64,000 nt of DNA from a virus. Taxonomy: Duplodnaviria > Caudoviricetes. Positions 1 through 9,439 of the stretch are shown here, in pieces; position 1 is the stretch's first letter, and every line of letters starts with the position of its first letter. The stretch spans positions 51,864-115,863 of IMG/VR virus record IMGVR_UViG_3300001598_000002. One strand, given 5' to 3'. The position numbers and the translations under genes were made by a program. The notes beneath the pieces are model-generated. The model was not told the DNA's origin. It made no database searches and saw nothing but the letters and a program-made list of their open reading frames with translations.

Positions 1-155
1 TCATCTTCATTGTATCGCTTGATATAGAGTTCATTATCATGTCCATTGTATCGCGTGCGCGCCATGTGTTCTTTAACTCCAATAGCTTCAATTAGATTGC
101 GCGCCCATCCAATAGCTTCTTCTTCTTTGGTATAGATAATAAACAGCGTCTTCAT
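1..155 (-). CDS. Small hypothetical protein, truncated by the window edge (MKTLFIIYTKEEEAIGWARNL...)
   Basis: Read manually. ATG at 155 on the - strand follows a purine-rich RBS (AAGGAAG) and the frame is open to position 1. Confidence 0.55.
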   Translation of the reverse strand, partial: MKTLFIIYTKEEEAIGWARNLIEAIGVKEHMARTRYNGHDNELYIKRYNED

Positions 156-238
156 TGATATAGCTTCCTTTCTTGTTACGATAGGTGATACTTGTTACTA
201 CTAATACAGTGCATTGGTGCCCGGGCGGACCGGATGGC

Positions 239-643
239 TTAGGCTCTCGCTCTAAGCCATTCGACCATCTCTCTGCCCTCTGCTTTGAGTCTCATCTTAA
301 CCGCTCCGCCATTGGACTGGCTCTCTCTTGTGACCGTTCCGAAGAGGCTTGCAAACTCAAACCACTCGTCAGCGCTCATCAGGTACATCACGGTGAAGCT
401 GGCATTTACATAACCGTAGCGGTTAGCACCATCCATTGCGATGTGAGCCTTGATGTCAGTGCCGTGGCAAACCGTAGCGCGTGCGCTCTTGATTTGGATG
501 TCACCGCAATCACCGCCAGCGGTGAAGGGCTTGTTATCAGCCTTGCACACCTCACCCGTGAGCGTGTAGCGTGCGACTTGTTCGGCGTGCTGTCCGTTGT
601 TCTTGTACTGTCTGGTGAGTTCTTTGAGTTCGATAGTAGTCAT
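239..643 (-). CDS. Hypothetical early protein, possibly a PD-(D/E)XK nuclease fold
   Basis: 134-aa ORF with an RBS (GGAAAGGA) and a consensus promoter upstream. Contains the motif GDCGDIQIKS. GC is about 50%, above the window average. Confidence 0.7.
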   Translation of the reverse strand: MTTIELKELTRQYKNNGQHAEQVARYTLTGEVCKADNKPFTAGGDCGDIQIKSARATVCHGTDIKAHIAMDGANRYGYVNASFTVMYLMSADEWFEFASLFGTVTRESQSNGGAVKMRLKAEGREMVEWLRARA

Positions 644-678
644 TTGAGTGACCGTCCTTTCCTTACCTTGTGACTATA

Positions 679-707
679 TTATACACCCGGGTTTCGGATT
701 TGTCAAG
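679..707 (-). promoter_or_regulatory. Consensus sigma70/sigmaA promoter TTGACA-N17-TATAAT
   Basis: The - strand reads TTGACA aatccgaaacccgggtg TATAAT, upstream of 239..643. Confidence 0.85.
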
Positions 708-945
708 GGGTTTTTGAAAAAAAATAAAAAAATTTTTTTAATTATTTTTTCTGTGATTTGTGGCGCGGTCGTGTTGTGGTGGGGCGGGTCGGTCTGGCTT
801 AGGTGCAGGCCGTAGGCCGGGGTAGGTTTTGGGAACTTCAGCACTTTAGTGTGATAAAGTGGACGGCCCTGGAGCATTTTCCTTACGAAACAAAAATTAT
901 AAAATTCCCTATGAAATAAAATTTTATTTCTCCTATCCCGAAAAC

Positions 946-974
946 TTGAATTTTACCCCAAAATCGTGTATAAT
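946..974 (+). promoter_or_regulatory. SigmaA-type promoter TTGAAT-N17-TATAAT
   Basis: TTGAAT tttaccccaaaatcgtg TATAAT, upstream of 1051..2382 and divergent from the promoter at 679-707. Confidence 0.75.
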
Positions 975-1050
975 GTAATTAAAGAATAAAAGAAGCCAGT
1001 CCTATCTGGCACATTAAAGGAGAGGCCAGACCTGATCTGGCGTATTAAAA

Positions 1051-2382
1051 ATGAGTCAAAATCGCTTAAATTTAAATTGGAAAATTTCGCTTCGTGATGA
1101 ACGTGCTCAGTTCATCCAAGATTATATACGTGCAATTCCTTTTACCCCAACAGATGAAGAACTTGAAATGATGGGCAACTACATTCTTTGGGGAAAACTC
1201 AATCAATCCGATAAAGACGGTCCATCCCGATTAAAAGACGAAGGTCTTTATATACCTACTCGCGCAAATGATTGGGTAGATGATAATGTAGAAAGTTTAG
1301 ATGCACTTATCGAAACACCTGGTTTTACGGAAACTCAAATCCTTGCGCCAGGTATGCCTCCCACCAAAAAAGTACGTCAAGTTTTTTCACGTGAAGAAGC
1401 TCGAAAATCTGCGCCGCCTGATATTCTTTCATCACTCGAATCGCTTTGGCGCCAAATTGATCAACTTGAACTCATCATCTCTTTCTATGATCTTCATCAT
1501 CAACGTCGAACCGCGCCAATTCGTCAACCTCTACTCGATCGTTTCACGCAATTAGAACTTCAACAATTACAAGAACGCGCCCAATCTCTTAAACAGTACA
1601 ACTACTTTAAACTTAAACATCAATTAATCGAATTGCGCCAACAGCAATATACATATCAAGATTCTTATAAACAAACAATCTTACCACAAAATGAACGCGC
1701 TCCGCACATTGAGGAAGAACCACTTCAATTTGGTACAGATATAACTGTTTTACCATTTGGTATTCATTATGCGCGCCCGATTTTTGATAAAATTTTTAAT
1801 CAAACGCGTTTTCCAATTCCATCTGACTTTTCAGAAAATGAACTTAATGAACTTTCTTCAATTTTATGGAGTCGCGCGCCACAAAACCAACAAATCTTTG
1901 ATTTTACAAATCCACAACATTTATATCAACTTTATAATTTATTTTCCGAGTTTATTATTGCAGAAGAAGATTCAAAAGATCAACTAAATCAAACACTTCA
2001 TCAATTTTTACAGGTTGCGCGCACATATCAATCTTTAACAAAACTTGAACCATTCCAACAAGACATACTTAACCTAAAAATTCAAAAAAAATCTAACCAA
2101 GAAATCTCACAATTTATTGAAGAAAAATATCATCATAAATATCAATTCAATTATATTTCAACTCTTTATTGTAAAAAAATTTTACCTCAAATTGCAGAAA
2201 CTGCCGCTTTTCATAAAGAAGTTTGTGAAAATTTATTTTTCCCGGAGAACTTCAAAAAGTGTATTGACTGTGGAGAAATTCTACTTTTAACTGAAAAGAA
2301 TTGGGTGCGTAGACGGCGCGCCAATGATGGATTTGCGCCAAGATGTAAAAAATGTGAAAAAATTAGGCGCAAAGGAGGATAA
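1051..2382 (+). CDS. Putative DNA-binding or transcription regulator (sigma region-4-like HTH plus C-terminal Zn ribbon)
   Basis: LEPFQQDILNLKIQKKSNQEISQFI resembles a sigma4/LuxR HTH. CIDC...CKKC at the C-terminus. Confidence 0.5.
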   Translation: MSQNRLNLNWKISLRDERAQFIQDYIRAIPFTPTDEELEMMGNYILWGKLNQSDKDGPSRLKDEGLYIPTRANDWVDDNVESLDALIETPGFTETQILAPGMPPTKKVRQVFSREEARKSAPPDILSSLESLWRQIDQLELIISFYDLHHQRRTAPIRQPLLDRFTQLELQQLQERAQSLKQYNYFKLKHQLIELRQQQYTYQDSYKQTILPQNERAPHIEEEPLQFGTDITVLPFGIHYARPIFDKIFNQTRFPIPSDFSENELNELSSILWSRAPQNQQIFDFTNPQHLYQLYNLFSEFIIAEEDSKDQLNQTLHQFLQVARTYQSLTKLEPFQQDILNLKIQKKSNQEISQFIEEKYHHKYQFNYISTLYCKKILPQIAETAAFHKEVCENLFFPENFKKCIDCGEILLLTEKNWVRRRRANDGFAPRCKKCEKIRRKGG

Positions 2383-2649
2383 ATGAAAGAAACATTAACA
2401 CAAAAATTTATTAAAGAGATTGCAAGGATTAAATCTCCTGAAGTTTTTTTAGGGGTTGCACGAGTTTTAAAGGTGCAATTAATGGAAGATAAAGAAACCC
2501 CATATGAGTTTACTAAAATTTTTAGTGATACAGTAGAGGCTTTTGATAAAGCAGGCCGTGCTCGAAAAAAAGAACTTCTTAAAATTTTAGTTCAAGCTAA
2601 TCAGTATAAGGAGTGTGAGGTAAATGGCGGTACAAAAGAAAAAAATTAA
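2383..2649 (+). CDS. Hypothetical protein
   Basis: 88-aa ORF with AAAGGAGG RBS, translationally coupled to the upstream gene. Confidence 0.75.
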   Translation: MKETLTQKFIKEIARIKSPEVFLGVARVLKVQLMEDKETPYEFTKIFSDTVEAFDKAGRARKKELLKILVQANQYKECEVNGGTKEKN

Positions 2650-3226
2650 AGATTTTGAAAACTATTATATTTATAGTGATGGCCGTGTTCAAAATTGTAA
2701 TACCAATCATTTTTTAAAATATGCCTCTGATAAGAATGGTTATTTAAAAGTACGTTTATATAAAGATAAGCATCAACATACTTTATTAGTACACAGACTG
2801 GTTGCTTTGACATTTTTACCAAATCCAGATAATTATCCACAAGTTAATCACAAAGACGAAAATAAACATAATAATGATATATCTAATTTGGAATGGTGTA
2901 CCATTAAGTATAATGCTAACTATGGTACAAGAAATGAGCGAATACAAAAGCAATTAAAGCAAAACGCCACTTTGCCAGACAATCGGAAAAAGGTTAATAT
3001 GTATACATTAGACGGAACCTTTATACGTCAGTTTGATAGTCTAAAAGAAGCAAAAATATTTTTAAATAAGCCAATTACTGAAGCTCATATTTCACAATGC
3101 TGTAATGGAATTCGTAAGACCGCTTATGGATATAAATGGATAAAAGCTTCTGAATGTAATGGAGGTGATTATTATTCCTATTGTTCCAAAAATTCCACAG
3201 AAACAGTTTCTAACCAAAAAATGTAA
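2624..3226 (+). CDS. Free-standing HNH homing endonuclease (HNH_3 plus NUMOD1-like DNA-binding domain)
   Basis: VHRLVALTF...QVNHKDENKHNNDISNLEW HNH motif. C-terminal FDSLKEA...ISQCCNG..KTAYGYKW is NUMOD1-like. Confidence 0.92.
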   Translation: MAVQKKKIKDFENYYIYSDGRVQNCNTNHFLKYASDKNGYLKVRLYKDKHQHTLLVHRLVALTFLPNPDNYPQVNHKDENKHNNDISNLEWCTIKYNANYGTRNERIQKQLKQNATLPDNRKKVNMYTLDGTFIRQFDSLKEAKIFLNKPITEAHISQCCNGIRKTAYGYKWIKASECNGGDYYSYCSKNSTETVSNQKM

Positions 3227-4169
3227 CCATTGCGGCGGCACTCTCTCTACTGATGAATTTGCTCAAACTCATTCTCCATTTTATTTAGATGGATATTTAC
3301 CTATTTGTAATGGATGCATCAATCAAATTCTTCAAGATAATGATTATAGTTGGGATATTATTGATAGGCTGTGTCAGTATGCTGGAATTCCATTTATTGT
3401 AAAAGAATGGACTCGATTAGAAGAAATGAACGGGCAAGCAAAAACATGGAATGTTTATTCAAAAGTTTTTGCTCAAGATATTTATGAAGAGTTCGGTTGG
3501 AGTGATTATAATAAACAATATATTAAATTACGACAGGCTGGATTATTAGAAGAAGAAATTCCATTAGTTAATGAATTTCATTTGCGCGAACTCCGTAAAA
3601 AATGGGGTGGCAATTATGATGAAGAAGCACTTAATTATCTTGAAGATTTATATAAAGGATTATTATTAACTCAAAATGTCAATGGCGCACTTCAAATCGA
3701 TCAAGCACAAAAGATTTGTAAGTTATCATTTGAGATTGATAGTAGAATTCGTTCTGGAGATAAAGATGTTGATAAATTTTTATCGTCATATGATAAATTA
3801 GTAAAGACAGCCGAGTTTACTCCAAAGAATACAAAAAATGCGGTTGACTTTGATAGTTTTGCTGAAGTTGGGCATTGGCTTGAGAAGAGAGGACGTCAAA
3901 ATAAATTCTATGATGGCGCCACTCGCGATGTAATTGATGAAACAATTAAGAATGTAGAAAATTATAATCAACGACTTTATATTAATGAAGGCGGTATTGG
4001 TGATGAAATTACCCAAAGATTAAATGCGCTTAAAAATGCAAACGAAGCTGAACAAAGCATTTATGGATTAGAAGAAAATTATAATTTAGATGAATATGAT
4101 AATGCAGGCTTCAATTTTGAAGTAACTGATGAATTTATCGCGGAGGAAGGCACCAATGGAGACGAATAA
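3159..4169 (+). CDS. Zn-finger protein preceding terminase (candidate terminase small subunit or packaging accessory); true start may be ATT at 3174
   Basis: CNHC...CNGC motif. Lies immediately upstream of, and overlaps, the large terminase. Confidence 0.6.
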   Translation: MEVIIIPIVPKIPQKQFLTKKCNHCGGTLSTDEFAQTHSPFYLDGYLPICNGCINQILQDNDYSWDIIDRLCQYAGIPFIVKEWTRLEEMNGQAKTWNVYSKVFAQDIYEEFGWSDYNKQYIKLRQAGLLEEEIPLVNEFHLRELRKKWGGNYDEEALNYLEDLYKGLLLTQNVNGALQIDQAQKICKLSFEIDSRIRSGDKDVDKFLSSYDKLVKTAEFTPKNTKNAVDFDSFAEVGHWLEKRGRQNKFYDGATRDVIDETIKNVENYNQRLYINEGGIGDEITQRLNALKNANEAEQSIYGLEENYNLDEYDNAGFNFEVTDEFIAEEGTNGDE

Positions 4170-5979
4170 ATTTGCTCACGCCGCGCCAGACGTCATCAAA
4201 TTACGTGATCCAGACGATTCCACTTTTAATCAGCATGAACGTATTTATCGTGATGGTATTGAATTAGATAAAGGAACCGTAATTACAGAACAATGGCTTC
4301 AAAAAAATGAAGAACTTTTATACGATTGCTGGAACATTTATACTGTTTATCCAGATATTTATTTAGACTTAATTAAACCAGTCGAATCTAATTTTAATTT
4401 ATTCCCATATCAAAGAATGTTTTTACGTGTATGCATGAGATATACTCATATTTATATTACTGCTGCACGTGCAACATCGAAAACCTTTTTGTCAATTCTT
4501 GCCAAATATCTTCAATGTGTATTTTTACCTGGACATGTAGGTTCTATTGTTGCGCCAAACAAATCTCAGGCTGCGAAAATTACTAAACAAAAAGTTCAAG
4601 AGATTTGGCGCATTTGGCCGTTGCTTAAAAATGAACTTGAATTATATAATGGTGAACCGCATGCAAATTTTGGTAAAGATTATACAGAATTATATTTTAA
4701 GAATGGCAGCAAATTAAGTGTAGTTGGTGCATTAGACTCTGATCGTGGTATTCGTACTCATGCTACTTTAATTGATGAAGCACGTGATCAAGATGGCGAT
4801 GCAATTGCGGAAATTATTCTTCCACAGATGAACGTTTCACGCCGTACAGCAAATGGCCTAGTCAATAATAAAGAAGCAATTAATACTCAAGTAATCTATG
4901 CCACTTCTGCTGGAATGAAGTCTTCATTTGCTTATGAGGCTTTATTAGATTATTTTGAAGAGTCTATTCTTGACCCTTCTCGTGCCTTTACAATGGGGCT
5001 TGATTATCGTATTCCTATGATGCATGGTTTGATTGATGCGGCGCACGTCAAAAATTTAAAGATGTCGCCTTCTTATAATGAACAAACTTTTGCAAGTGAG
5101 TATATGGGTACATGGCTTGGCGGAAGTGAAGAATCTTGGTTTGATTTTGAAAAAATTTCAAAATATAGAAAAATTAAAAATCCAGAATGGTCTCAAAAAT
5201 TTAGAGGGGACACAAATATTTTCTACTTAATATCAGTGGACGTCGGAAGACTTTCAGACCAAACTGTTGCATGTATTTGGCGAATCAATATTCGAGACAA
5301 TAAATATTATTCTACCTTAGTAAATATTTTTGTTCTTGGGCGTCAAGCTGAAACCAAAACCTTTGTACAACAGTCAATTGATTTAAAGCGATTAATTGAA
5401 CAATTTAATCCGCGCGAAGTAGTTATTGACTGTAATGGTTTAGGTATTGGTTTAGCAGATGAAATGATTCGTACTCAAACTGATGAAATTGGAAATACTT
5501 ATCCCGCTTATGGATTTTTTAATAATGAAGATTATAAGAAAATCCAACCTAAAGATGCAGCATGCATCTTATATTCAATGAAAGCAAACGGGCCTTTAAA
5601 TTCAAAGATCCATAGTAATGCATATACTCGTTTAAATAGTGGCATGATTAGATTTTTGATTACTGAACAAGAAGCACGTTCTGCTTTGCTTGCAACAAAA
5701 GTTGGCGCGAAAATGTCTTTTGAAAAACGTGTTAAGCGTTTAATGCCCCACGAACTTACAACCAAACTATTTGAAGAAATGGCAAATTTACGTTTAAAAA
5801 GAAGTGGAATGGATATTGTTCTTGAACAGATTAATTCTCGTTTCCCTAAAGATAAATATTCTGCATTTGCATATGGCCAATGGAGAATTAAGGAATTAGA
5901 AGAAGAAGCTTATCAAAAACAAAAACGGCGTTCCATTATTGGCGGTCGTAAATTAGTGTTCTTCTCAGGAGGAGTATAA
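4156..5979 (+). CDS. terL: Terminase large subunit
   Basis: Q motif LFPYQ, Walker A AARATSKT, Walker B TLIDE, ATS coupling motif, nuclease ISVDVG...KDKYSA. RBS GGAGG precedes ATG 4156. Confidence 0.92.
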   Translation: METNKFAHAAPDVIKLRDPDDSTFNQHERIYRDGIELDKGTVITEQWLQKNEELLYDCWNIYTVYPDIYLDLIKPVESNFNLFPYQRMFLRVCMRYTHIYITAARATSKTFLSILAKYLQCVFLPGHVGSIVAPNKSQAAKITKQKVQEIWRIWPLLKNELELYNGEPHANFGKDYTELYFKNGSKLSVVGALDSDRGIRTHATLIDEARDQDGDAIAEIILPQMNVSRRTANGLVNNKEAINTQVIYATSAGMKSSFAYEALLDYFEESILDPSRAFTMGLDYRIPMMHGLIDAAHVKNLKMSPSYNEQTFASEYMGTWLGGSEESWFDFEKISKYRKIKNPEWSQKFRGDTNIFYLISVDVGRLSDQTVACIWRINIRDNKYYSTLVNIFVLGRQAETKTFVQQSIDLKRLIEQFNPREVVIDCNGLGIGLADEMIRTQTDEIGNTYPAYGFFNNEDYKKIQPKDAACILYSMKANGPLNSKIHSNAYTRLNSGMIRFLITEQEARSALLATKVGAKMSFEKRVKRLMPHELTTKLFEEMANLRLKRSGMDIVLEQINSRFPKDKYSAFAYGQWRIKELEEEAYQKQKRRSIIGGRKLVFFSGGV

Positions 5980-5983
5980 TTAA

Positions 5984-7465
5984 ATGGTAGATAGAGCATT
6001 TGATATAACTACCTTCCAAAAAATGCAAGGTGAAATGATTGCGAAGAATGAGCAATCATGGAATAGTAATTATTATTCTAACTCAACCTCTCGTACTCGT
6101 GATTACTCTTTAGAAGAAATTAAACAAATTATTAATTCATCTTCTTTAGCCTCACAACAAAAGCTTTCTCGTAACTATTTTGACAAGAATGGTTTTTATA
6201 AACGTATTATTCTTTATTATGCAACAATTTTGACTTATTCGGGTTTACTAATCCCTAATCCAAGTTTTGGTAAACAACTCTCCAGTCCGCATATTTCAAA
6301 ACGTTATTATGCTGCATTAGATTACGTAGATAAAATCAATCTTGCTGAAATGTTAACAAGAATGTCTGTTCGTGCATTAATTGATGGTAGTTATTATGGA
6401 ATTATTCAAACTTTAACGAAGGATGATTTTATTTTATTTGATTTACCTTCTGGTTATTGTCGTTCTCGTTATGTTGATATTTATGGCAATGATATTATAG
6501 AGTTTGATGTAAGATATTTTAGAACAATTACTGATAAAGAAATGCGCAAAGAGGCTTTAAATACATACCCAAAAGTAGTAGCTAATTATTTTAATCAATA
6601 TGATAAAGGAAAAGTTACTAATCCATGGGTAAAATTACCTACTGATATTGGCGTTTGTTTTCCTTTTTTTGATGATGGGCGCCCATTGTTTTTAAATGTT
6701 ATTCCCGCAACTATTCAATACGATGATGCAGTAGAAACCGAACGAGAAAGAGAACTTGAAGAAATTAGAAAAATTATTGTTCAGAAAATTCCTCATCTTA
6801 ATGATGGACAATTATTATTTGAGCCAGAAGAAGCAGTAGAAATCCATAAAGGCACCGTTGGCATGATGAAAGGAAACAAAAATCTCTCAATCCTTACAAC
6901 CTATGCAGATGTTGATGCAATTGTTTCAAAAACTTCTGCTGAAAATGTTTCTACTTCATTAGAAAAGATGTTACAAAATGTCTATTCTGAAGCTGGCGCG
7001 AGTGCACAATTATTTGCACCTACTGGTACGCAAGCATTATCCACATCTATCACTAATGATATGTCGTTAATGATGATTTTGGGTAATAAATATTCTCGTT
7101 TTATAAGCCAAATTATTAATTTATTATTTAGTAATGCAAATATTACTTTTAAGTATTCTATTTTGCCAATTAGTTTATATAATAGAAGTGATTACATTAC
7201 TGATACTTTAAAATTGGCGCAAAGCGGTTATAGTTTTTTATTACCTGCTTTAGCATCTGGATTAAGTCAACGAGAATTAGTAAATATTAAATCATTAGAA
7301 AATGATGTATTGAAATTAAATGAAGTTTTACTTCCATTATCATCTTCATATACACAATCTAATAATGAAGTTGGCGCGCCAGAAAAAAAAGATGAGGATA
7401 AAGCAGTTAAAACAATTCAAAATGAAGATGCAATAGACCATCAAGGTCAAGGAGGCTCTGAATGA
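5984..7465 (+). CDS. Portal protein
   Basis: 493 aa, directly after terL and before the protease and capsid genes. C-terminal GAPEK tail is typical of portals. Confidence 0.75.
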   Translation: MVDRAFDITTFQKMQGEMIAKNEQSWNSNYYSNSTSRTRDYSLEEIKQIINSSSLASQQKLSRNYFDKNGFYKRIILYYATILTYSGLLIPNPSFGKQLSSPHISKRYYAALDYVDKINLAEMLTRMSVRALIDGSYYGIIQTLTKDDFILFDLPSGYCRSRYVDIYGNDIIEFDVRYFRTITDKEMRKEALNTYPKVVANYFNQYDKGKVTNPWVKLPTDIGVCFPFFDDGRPLFLNVIPATIQYDDAVETERERELEEIRKIIVQKIPHLNDGQLLFEPEEAVEIHKGTVGMMKGNKNLSILTTYADVDAIVSKTSAENVSTSLEKMLQNVYSEAGASAQLFAPTGTQALSTSITNDMSLMMILGNKYSRFISQIINLLFSNANITFKYSILPISLYNRSDYITDTLKLAQSGYSFLLPALASGLSQRELVNIKSLENDVLKLNEVLLPLSSSYTQSNNEVGAPEKKDEDKAVKTIQNEDAIDHQGQGGSE

Positions 7466-8835
7466 ATAAAAACCAAATAGAGTTTCCGATTAGTATTTAT
7501 GGTACTGTAGAGAAATTTAATGACACATTATCTAAAGCCCGTTGTAGAATTTTTTATAAGGGTGGAAATAGAAATGGTACTTTTATTACTGATGAATTTG
7601 CTAAAGAACTAATTTCTACACTTCATTATGTTCCTGTTAAAGGTATTTATGATACTGATGATTATACAGATCATGGCAAAAAGCGTAGTGAAGGACGTAT
7701 CTATGGTATTGTTCCAGAAACAAATAATTTTGCATGGGAGCAACATTTAGATGATGATGGCGTAGAACGTACCTATGCTTGTACAGATGTATATCTATTT
7801 ACAGCACTATATCCTGAAGCTTCTGAAATTGTTGATAAAGGACAATCAATGGAACTTTATGAGCCATCTTTAAAATACCATACTGCAATTATGCAGGGAC
7901 AAAAATATGTGGTGTTTGAACATGGTAGTTTTTTAGGTTTACAAGTATTAGGAGATGACGTTGAACCTTGTTTTGAAGGTGCTTCATTCTTTACTCTACA
8001 GAAATCAATTGAAGATACTATCCAAAAGATTAAAGAATATAGTAATATAGGAGGAAAATCGGAAATGCCAAAAATTAATTTTAAACTTTCCGACGATCAG
8101 AAGTATCGTTATATTTGGGAATTACTCAATCCTAATTATAATGAAGAAGGCGATTGGACTTGTGATTATTCCGTATGTGAAGTTTATGATGAATATGCTT
8201 TAGCCTTCAATTACGAAGCTGGTTGTTATGAACGTGTTTATTATACTAAAGATGATAGCAATGACAGTGTAGTTTTAGGTGAAAAAGTTAAGGTATTTGT
8301 AGTAGATGTAACTGAAAATGAAAAGTCTACTTTAGATACTCTGCGCGCCCTTAATGGGGATACTTATGAATTAGTAAATGAAAATTTAACTAATGCTGAA
8401 AAAAATGCAAATGATTGCGCAGAATTTAGCACCAAAATTGAAGAGTTAAATAATACAATTGCTACTTTAAATACGGAAGCAGAAAATGCTCAGGCGAAAA
8501 TTGCTGAGGTCGAAACCCAATACAACGATGCCCAGGCACAGAATTCTGCACTCTCAGAAGAGAATGAATCTTTAAAGACTTATAAGAAGAATATTGAGGA
8601 CCAGTCCAAAGAGACTGTGGTAGCTGAGTATACTGATAAACTAGCAGAAGATGTATTAAACGCATATAAGTCCAAGTTTGATGAATATACGGCAGAAGAA
8701 CTTGATATGCATCTTGCTTATGAGTTAAAGAAGACAAATGCTTCTGTTTTCACTCAAGCGCCAAGTGGGCGTATTCCTAAAGACAACGCTGGACGTTCTG
8801 GTGTTGAAGAAATTTTAGCTCGTTATAAACGATAA
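7462..8835 (+). CDS. Prohead protease-scaffold fusion
   Basis: N-terminal HK97-like protease motifs (NRNGT, QSMEL, LG..VEPCFEGA) followed by an acidic coiled coil. Confidence 0.75.
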   Translation: MNKNQIEFPISIYGTVEKFNDTLSKARCRIFYKGGNRNGTFITDEFAKELISTLHYVPVKGIYDTDDYTDHGKKRSEGRIYGIVPETNNFAWEQHLDDDGVERTYACTDVYLFTALYPEASEIVDKGQSMELYEPSLKYHTAIMQGQKYVVFEHGSFLGLQVLGDDVEPCFEGASFFTLQKSIEDTIQKIKEYSNIGGKSEMPKINFKLSDDQKYRYIWELLNPNYNEEGDWTCDYSVCEVYDEYALAFNYEAGCYERVYYTKDDSNDSVVLGEKVKVFVVDVTENEKSTLDTLRALNGDTYELVNENLTNAEKNANDCAEFSTKIEELNNTIATLNTEAENAQAKIAEVETQYNDAQAQNSALSEENESLKTYKKNIEDQSKETVVAEYTDKLAEDVLNAYKSKFDEYTAEELDMHLAYELKKTNASVFTQAPSGRIPKDNAGRSGVEEILARYKR

Positions 8836-8850
8836 TGGAGGTTAAGTATA

Positions 8851-9420
8851 ATGGCTATCAAAAGATTAACTATTGATGGTTATGGCCAAATTGAATTAAA
8901 TAATGTGGCCTTCCGTCGTGACGGTCGTATCGAAGCTCAGTGCGCTCCTGATACAACTGATTTCTCTAGTGCCAAGGTAGAGAATGGTATGCTTTTAGCA
9001 GTTGATGGCGCAAACCGTAAGGTTAAGTTTGCTGTAGATGGTTCTCTTCCTATTGCACTTAATTACAGTGCTGAACACATGTATGATGAAAGAACTCCCG
9101 GTCTAAAGAATTTCTACTTAAATGGTAATGGTAAAGAAGATTTCCTTCCTCGTTTAGGTTATCTTTCTGTTGGTGATAAATTTACCACTAACTGTATTTG
9201 TTATGATTCTACTGTAGATACTGATTGGACTACTGAGAGTGCATTTGTTAGTGCATTAGCTAGCTATAAGACCACTGCACTTTATGGTGGTATTAGTTCT
9301 AAAGGTGCTATTTTAGTATCTGCTACTGCTCCTACTGTTGGACCAAAGCTCAAGGTTATTGAGAAGACTACTATGCCTGATGCAACTCTTGGCGTTAAGT
9401 TCCAAGTTCTTGTTGACTAA
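8851..9420 (+). CDS. Capsid decoration or stabilising protein
   Basis: Lies between scaffold and major capsid. Contains the ENGMLL motif and highly biased codons. Confidence 0.6.
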   Translation: MAIKRLTIDGYGQIELNNVAFRRDGRIEAQCAPDTTDFSSAKVENGMLLAVDGANRKVKFAVDGSLPIALNYSAEHMYDERTPGLKNFYLNGNGKEDFLPRLGYLSVGDKFTTNCICYDSTVDTDWTTESAFVSALASYKTTALYGGISSKGAILVSATAPTVGPKLKVIEKTTMPDATLGVKFQVLVD

Positions 9421-9439
9421 TTAAAGGAGGGTTAATATA

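Noticed and set aside
185-673. 162-aa + strand ORF
   Set aside because: Antisense shadow of 239..643, which has the promoter and RBS.
674-877. 67-aa - strand ORF
   Set aside because: Spans promoter and A/T tracts; low complexity and no RBS.
4459-4485. Deviant Walker A in terminase (RATSKT), and GVSKT in the helicase, as signs of inactivity
   Set aside because: The catalytic Lys-Thr and the other motifs are intact, and such variants are tolerated in these families.
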